A stretch of DNA of 64,000 nucleotides from assembly GCF_009914755.1 (NCBI RefSeq), contig NC_060948.1; one strand, given 5' to 3'. A program made the translations under genes and the position numbers. Below, piece by piece: positions 56,844-64,000 of the stretch (position 1 is the stretch's first letter; every line of letters starts with the position of its first letter). The notes under the pieces are model-generated. The model saw only the letters and a list, made by a program, of their open reading frames with translations, did not search any database and had not been told where the DNA came from. The DNA is from the human T2T-CHM13v2.0 reference genome, Homo sapiens.

Positions 56844-59800
56844 TGGACAGGCCTGGAATAAAGTGGAATGCTACGGTCTCGAATGGAATAAAAATGTATG
56901 GAATGGAATGCAATGCAACGGAATCGAATGTCATAGAATGTAATGGAATGCAAAAAAATGGAATCCAAAATCATTGACTGGAAAGGCTGGGTGTCGAAAG
57001 GAATTGACTCCAATGGAATGGAATCGAATGGAATGGAAGTGAATAGAATCGAACTAAATCGAATGGAATGGAATTGATAGGAACGGAATGGAAAGGAATG
57101 CAATGATTTGGCATGGAATGGAATCGAATGGCATCGAATGGAATGGAATGGAATGCAATGGAATGGAATGTATTAGAATGTAATGAACTTTAATGGAATG
57201 TACTCGAATGGATTCGACTGGAATGGAATGTTCTGGAAGTGAATGGACTCCAATGGAATGGATTCAAAAGGAATGGAATCGTACGGAATGGAATCTAATG
57301 GAATGGAATTAAATGGAAATGAATCAAATTGAATAGCACGGAATTGAATTGAATGGAATGGAATGCAATGGAATCTAATGAAACGGAAAGGAAAGGAATG
57401 GAATGGAATGGAATGGGCTGGAATGGAAAGGAATCGAAACGAATGGAATGGAATCGAACTGAAGAGACTGGAATGGAATGCACTGGAATGGAAGGGAGTG
57501 TAATGGAAGGTTCTCGAAAAAAATTGAATCGAATGGAATGGAATTGAATGGAACGGAAGAGAGTCGAATGGAATTGAATGGAATGGAATGGACTAGAGTG
57601 AAATGGAATCGAACCACAAGGAATGGACAGGAATAGAATGGTCTCGAATTGAATGGAATCGTATGGAATGGCATCAAACGGAATGGAATGGACAGCCACG
57701 GAATGGAATGCACTCGAATGCAATGGAGTCGAAACTAATGGACTGGAATAGAATGGACTCGACTGGTACAGACTCCAATGGAATGGAATCGAATGGAAGG
57801 GAATCGAACGGAATGGACTCGAAGGGAAAAGACTGCAATGGAAAGGTCTCGAATGGAATGGAAATTAATGGAATGGAATGGAATCGAATGAAATGGAGTC
57901 AAAAGGAATGGAATCGAATGGCAAGAAATCGAATGTAATGGAATCGCAAGGAATTGATGTGAACGGAACGGAATGGAATGGAATCCAAAGGAATGGAATA
58001 GAATGGAATGGAATCGAATGGAAAGGACTCGAATGGAAATCACTCGAATAGAATGCAATTTAATAAAATAGGATCAAATGTAATGGAATGGAATGGAAAG
58101 GAATCGAAACGAAAGGAATGGAGACAGATGGAATGGAATGGAACAGAGAGCAATGGTATAGAATGGAATGGAATCATCTGGAATGGAATTGAATGGAATG
58201 GAATAATATGAAATGGAATGGAATGGAATGGAATGGAATGCCCTTGAATTAAATGGACTGGAATGGACTGGACTCGAACAGAGTGGAATGGAAAGTGTTG
58301 AGATAGAATGGAATGGACTCGTTTGGAATGGTCTAGTATGCAATGCAATCGACTGGCAGGGAATCAAAAGGAATGTAATCGAATGGATTGGACTGGAATG
58401 CAATGGACTCGAATAGATTGGAAACGGAATGCAAAGGAATGGAATGGAATAGTATGGAATGGAATGGAAAGGAATGGAGTGGAATAGACTAGAGTGGAAT
58501 GGAATGGACTGGAAAGCAATGGACTGGAATGGAACTTTCTTGAATGGACTGGAATCAAACGGAATGGAATGCAATGCAATCAAATGGCATGGAATAAAAT
58601 AGAATGAAAGAGAATCAAATGGAATTGAATCGAATGGAATCGAATGGATTGGAAAGGAATAGAATGGAATGGAATGGAATTGACTCAAATGGAATGGACT
58701 AGAATGGAATGGATTCGAATGGAAGGCAAAGGAATGGAATCTATTGGAATGGACTGTAATGGAATGGAATGGAAGGGATTGGAATGGACTCGAATGGAAT
58801 GGACTGCAATAGAAAGGATTCGAATGGAATGAAAAAGAATTGAATGGAATAGAACAGAATGGAATCAAATCGAATGAAATGGAATGGAATAGAAAGGAAT
58901 GGAATGAAATGGAATGGAAAGGATTCGAATGGAATGCAATCGAATGGAATGGAATCGAACGGAATGGAATAAAATGGAAGAAAACTGGCAAGAAATGGAA
59001 TCGAAATGAATGGAGTGTTATGGAACGGACTCAAAAGGAATTGAATGTAATAGAATGGAGTGGAGTGGACTCGAATATAATGGACTGGAATGGAATGAAA
59101 TCACATGGAATGGGAACGAATGGAATGGAATGGAAAGGAATGGAATCGAATGGAAAGGAATCGAATGGAAGGGAATGAAATTGAATCAACAGGAATGGAA
59201 GGGAATAGAATAGACGGTAATGGAATGGACTCGAATAGAATGGACACGAATGCTCAAATTGAATGGACTCGAATGGAATGGAAACGAAAGGAATGTCATC
59301 GAATGGAATTGAATCGATTGGAATGAAATCGCATAGAATGGAGTGGAATCAAATGGAATTGAATCGAAAGGAAAGGAAGCGAATGGACTGAAATGAAATG
59401 GAATGGAATTGAATGGAAAGTAATGCAATGGAATAGAATGGAACGAAATTTCACGGAATGGAATCAAACTGAATGGAATCAAATCTATCGAATCAAATCA
59501 AATGGAATGGAAAGGAATTGAATGGAGTAGATTGGATTGGATGGGATTGGAATGAAATGTACTGGAAAGGACTCGAATTTCATGAAACGGAATGGAATGA
59601 ATTGGAACGGAATGGACTCGAATGGAATGGAATGTCATGGAATGGCATCAAATGGAATGGCATCAAATGGAATGGAATCGAATGCAATGGAATGCTATGG
59701 AATGGAATGGAATGCATTGGAATGGAATGTCCTGTAATGGAATGGATTCGAGTGGAATGGAATCGAATATAATGGAGTCGAATGAAATGGAATTGAAAAG

Positions 59801-60417
59801 AATGGGACCGAATACAATGGAATATACTGGAATGTAATGTAATGAACTCGAATGTAATTGAATGGAATGGGATGTACATGAATGGAATGTAATCGAATGG
59901 AAAGTAATCCAATGGAATAGAATCTAATGCAATAAAATCGACTCAGATAGAGTAGAATGTAATGGAATGGAGTGCAGTGCAATGGAATGGAATGGAATGG
60001 AATGCAATGGAATGGAATGGAATGGAATGGAATGGAATGGAATGGAATAGAATGGGATGGGATGGAATGGTATGGAATGGATAGTAATGGACTGGAGTGA
60101 AATGGACTGGAAAGGAATGGACTCAAATTGAAAGGGCTCGAAAGGAATGGAGTCCAATGGAATGGTCTGGAATGGAATGAACACGAATGTAATGCAATCC
60201 AATAGAATGGAATCGAATGGCATGGAATATAAAGAAATGGAATCGAAGAGAATGGAAACAAATGGAATGGAATTGAATGGAATGGAATTGAATGGAATGG
60301 GAACGAATGGAGTGAAATTGTATGCAGTAGAAGGGAATAGAATGGAATGCAAGCGAAAGGAAAGGAATGGATTGGAATGGAATGGAATTCATTGGAATGG
60401 AAGGGAATGTATTGTAA
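56844..60417 (+). repeat. DYZ1 unit 17 (3574 bp)
   Basis: Landmark at 56844. Confidence 0.9.
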
Positions 60418-63400
60418 TGGACAGGCCTGGAATAAAGTGGAATGCTACGGTCTCGAATGGAATAAAAATGTATGGAATGGAATGCAATGAAACGGAATCG
60501 AATGTCATAGAATGTAATGGAATGCAAAAAAATGGAATCCAAAATCATTGACTGGAAAGGCTGGGTGTCGAAAGGAATTGACTCCAATGGAATGGAATCG
60601 AATGGAATGGAAGTGAATAGAATCGAACTAAATCGAATGGAATGGAATTGATAGGAACGGAATGGAAAGGAATGCAATGATTTTGCATGGAATGGAATCG
60701 AATGGCATCGAATGGAATGGAATGGAATGCAATGGAATGGAATGTATTAGAATGTAATGAACTTTAATGGAATGTACTCGAATGGATTCGACTGGAATGG
60801 AATGTTCTGGAAGTGAATGGACTCCAATGGAATGGATTCAAAAGGAATGGAATCGTACGGAATGGAATCTAATGGAATGGAATTAAATGGAAATGAATCA
60901 AATTGAATAGCACGGAATTGAATTGAATGGAATGGAATGCAATGGAATCTAATGAAACGGAAAGGAAAGGAATGGAATGGAATGGAATGGGCTGGAATGG
61001 AAAGGAATCGAAACGAATGGAATGGAATCGAACTGAAGAGACTGGAATGGAATGCACTGGAATGGAAGGGAGTGTAATGGAAGGTTCTCGAAAAAAATGG
61101 AATCGAATGGAATGGAATTGAATGGGACGGAATAGAGTCAAATGGAATTGAATGGAATGGAATGGACTAGAGTGAAATGGAATCGAACCACAAGGAATGG
61201 ACAGGAATAGAATGGTCTCGAATTGAATGGAATCGTATGGAATGGCATCAAACGGAATGGAATGGACAGCCACGGAATGGAATGCACTCGAATGCAATGG
61301 AGTCGAAACTAATGGACTGGAATAGAATGGACTCGACTGGTACGGACTCCAATGGAATGGAATCGAATGGAAGGGAATCGAACGGAATGGACTCGAAGGG
61401 AAAAGACTGCAATGGAAAGGTCTCGAATGGAATGGAAATTAATGGAATGGAATGGAATCGAATGAAATGGAGTCAAAAGGAATGGAATCGAATGGCAAGA
61501 AATCGAATGTAATGGAATCGCAAGGAATTGATGTGAACGGAACGGAATGGAATGGAATCCAAAGGAATGGAATAGAATGGAATGGAATCGAATGGAAAGG
61601 ACTCGAATGGAAATCACTCGAATAGAATGCAATTTAATAAAATAGGATCAAATGTAATGGAATGGAATGGAAAGGAATCGAAACGAAAGGAATGGAGACA
61701 GATGGAATGGAATGGAACAGAGAGCAATGGTATAGAATGGAATGGAATCATCTGGAATGGAATTGAATGGAATGGAATAATATGAAATGGAATGGAATGG
61801 AATGGAATGCCCTTGAATTAAATGGACTGGAATGGACTGGACTCGAACAGAGTGGAATGGAAAGTGTTGAGATAGAATGGAATGGACTCCTTTGGAATGG
61901 TGTAGTATGCAATGCAATCGACTGGCAGGGAATCAAAAGGAATGTAATGGAATGGATTGGACTGGAATGCAATGGACTCGAATAGATTGGAAACGGAATG
62001 CAAAGGAATGGAATGGAATAGTATGGAATGGAATGGAAAGGAATGGAGTGGAATAGACTAGAGTGGAATGGAATGGACTGGAAAGCAATGGACTGGAATG
62101 GAACTTTCTTGAATGGACTGGAATCAAACGGAATGGAATGCAATGCAATCAAATGGCATGGAATAAAATAGAATGAAAGAGAATCAAATGGAATTGAATC
62201 GAATGGAATCGAATGGATTGGAAAGGAATTGAATGGAATGGAATGGAATTGACTCAAATGGAATGGACTAGAATGGAATGGATTCGAATGGAAGGCAAAG
62301 GAATGGAATCTATTGGAATGGACTGTAATGGAATGGAATGGAAGGGATTGGAATGGACTCGAATGGAATGGACTGCAATAGAAAGGATTCGAATGGAATG
62401 AAAAAGAATTGAATGGAATAGAACAGAATGGAATCAAATCGAATGAAATGGAATGGAATAGAAAGGAATGGAATGAAATGGAATGGAAAGGATTCGAATG
62501 GAATGCAATCGAATGGAATGGAATCGAACGGAATGGAATAAAATGGAAGAAAACTGGCAAGAAATGGAATCGAAATGAATGGAGTGTTATGGAACGGACT
62601 CAAAAGGAATTGAATGTAATAGAATGGAGTGGAGTGGACACGAATATAATGGACTGGAATGGAATGAAATCACATGGAATGGGAACGAATGGAATGGAAT
62701 GGAAAGGAATGGAATCGAATGGAAAGGAATCGAATGGAAAGGAATGGAATCGAATGGAAAGAATGGAAAGGAAGGGAATGAAATTGAATCAACAGGAATG
62801 GAAGGGAATAGAATAGACGGTAATGGAGTGGACTCGAATAGAATGGACACGAATGCTCAAATTGAATGGACTCGAATGGAATGGAAACGAAAGGAATGTC
62901 ATCGAATGGAATTGAATCGATTGGAATGAAATCGCATAGAATGGAGTGGAATCAAATGGAATTGAATCGAAAGGAAAGGAAGCGAATGGACTGAAATGAA
63001 ATGGAATGGAATTGAATGGAAAGTAATGCAATGGAATAGAATGGAACGAAATTTCACGGAATGGAATCAAACTGAATGGAATCAAATCAATGGAATCAAA
63101 TCAAATGGAATGGAAAGGAATTGAATGGAGTAGATTGGATTGGATGGGATTGGAATGAAATGTACTGGAAAGGACTCGAATTTCATGAAACGGAATGGAA
63201 TGAATTGGAACGGAATGGACTCGAATGGAATGGAATGTCATGGAATGGCATCAAATGGAATGGCATCAAATGGAATGGAATCGAATGCAATGGAATGCTA
63301 TGGAATGGAATGGAATGCATTGGAATGGAATGTCCTCTAATGGAATGGATTCGAGTGGAATGGAATCGAATATACTGGAGTCGAATGAAATGGAATTGAA

Positions 63401-64000
63401 AGGAATGGGATCGAATACAATGGAATATACTGGAATGTAATGTAATGAACTCGAATGTAATTGACTGGAATGGAATGTACATGAATGGAATGTAATCGAA
63501 TGGAAAGTAATCCAATGGAATAGAATCTAATGCAATAAAATCGACTCAGATAGAGTAGAATGTAATGGAATGGAGTGCAGTGCAATGGAATGGAATGGAA
63601 TGGAATGCAATGGAATGGAATGGAATGGAATGGAATGGAATGGAATGGAATGGAATGGAATGGGATGGAATGGGATTGAATGGTATGGAATGGATAGTAA
63701 TGGACTGGAATGAAATGGACTGGAAAGGAATGGACTCAAATTGAAAGGGCTCGAAAGGAATGGAGTCAAATGGAATGGTCTGGAATGGAATGAACACGAA
63801 TGTAATGCAATCCAATAGAATGGAATCGAATGGCATGGAATATAAAGAAATGGAATCGAAGAGAATGGAAACAAATGGAATGCAATTGAATGGAATGGAA
63901 TTGAATGGAATGGGAACGAATGGAGTGAAATTGTATGCAGTAGAAGGGAATAGAACGGAATGTAAGCGAAAGGAAAGGAATGGATTGGAATGGAATGGAA
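60418..64000 (+). repeat. DYZ1 unit 18 (truncated by the window end); 34-bp insertion
   Basis: Landmark at 60418; the window ends just before the EcoRI/HaeIII landmarks. Confidence 0.88.

Larger units (their letters stand above)
1..64000 (+). repeat. DYZ1: Human satellite III (HSat3) array of DYZ1 type (Yq12 heterochromatin); GGAAT strand on +, TTCCA strand on -
   Basis: Diverged GGAAT pentamers run continuously across the window. Unique landmarks (tggacaggcctggaataaagtggaatgctacggtctcg, aaggctgggtgtcg, gaaccacaagg, gcccttgaattaaa, gaagaaaactggcaag) recur every ~3.55 kb. One HaeIII and one EcoRI site per canonical unit, and a unit length near 3564 bp, fit the known DYZ1 unit. The chromosome assignment comes from knowledge of the family, not from a database search. 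Confidence 0.93.

Noticed and set aside
330-63874. Hundreds of ORFs (MEWNG-type on +, FHSIP-type on -, up to 313 aa) recurring in each unit
   Set aside because: These are the direct translation of (GGAAT)n/(ATTCC)n, which has no stop codon in its perfect form. They are low-complexity, overlap in all frames, and are freely frameshifted or truncated between units, so there is no evidence of coding function.
1-64000. CRISPR-like or prokaryotic repeat-spacer system
   Set aside because: There are no unique spacers, palindromic direct repeats or cas genes. The variable segments are degenerate pentamers that recur every 3.55 kb.
1-64000. Inversion, DYZ2/HSat1B block, or Alu/L1 insertion known from Yq12
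   Set aside because: GGAAT stays on the + strand throughout, and I found no AT-rich, Alu-like or other non-pentameric segment.
1-64000. Assignment to HSat2 or to autosomal HSat3 (chr9, acrocentrics)
   Set aside because: It lacks the CATTCGATTC/ATCATCGAATG-dominated pattern of HSat2. The ~3.56 kb period with single HaeIII and EcoRI sites fits DYZ1, although this was not confirmed by a search.
3545-64000. Collapsed or artefactually duplicated assembly
   Set aside because: The units differ in length and carry private variants. Even the closest pairs (2/3, 16/17) are distinguishable, consistent with genuine distinct copies.

Overview
The whole 64 kb window is one uninterrupted, single-orientation array of diverged (GGAAT)n / (TTCCA)n pentamers, i.e. 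human satellite III (HSat3). It is organised as a ~3.55 kb higher-order repeat: 17 complete units plus one nearly complete unit, with complete-unit lengths of 3529-3584 bp (mostly 4 mod 5, one exactly 3564 bp). Each canonical unit has a single HaeIII/StuI site (AGGCCT) and a single EcoRI site. This matches the DYZ1 repeat of human Yq12 heterochromatin. I see no genes, RNA genes, transposons, DYZ2/Alu segments or inversions, and every ORF in the track is an artefact of translating a pentamer repeat. I found no new coding system. The informative signal is the array's internal evolution: a subfamily switch between units 1-3/4 and units 5/6-18, a hyper-diverged ~2 kb patch at that switch, several recent local duplications (one out of phase with the HaeIII unit, one apparently a 7.1 kb dimer), possible conversion tracts, and length variation concentrated in two pure-GGAAT slippage tracts. 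All comparisons were made by eye and need confirming by alignment.
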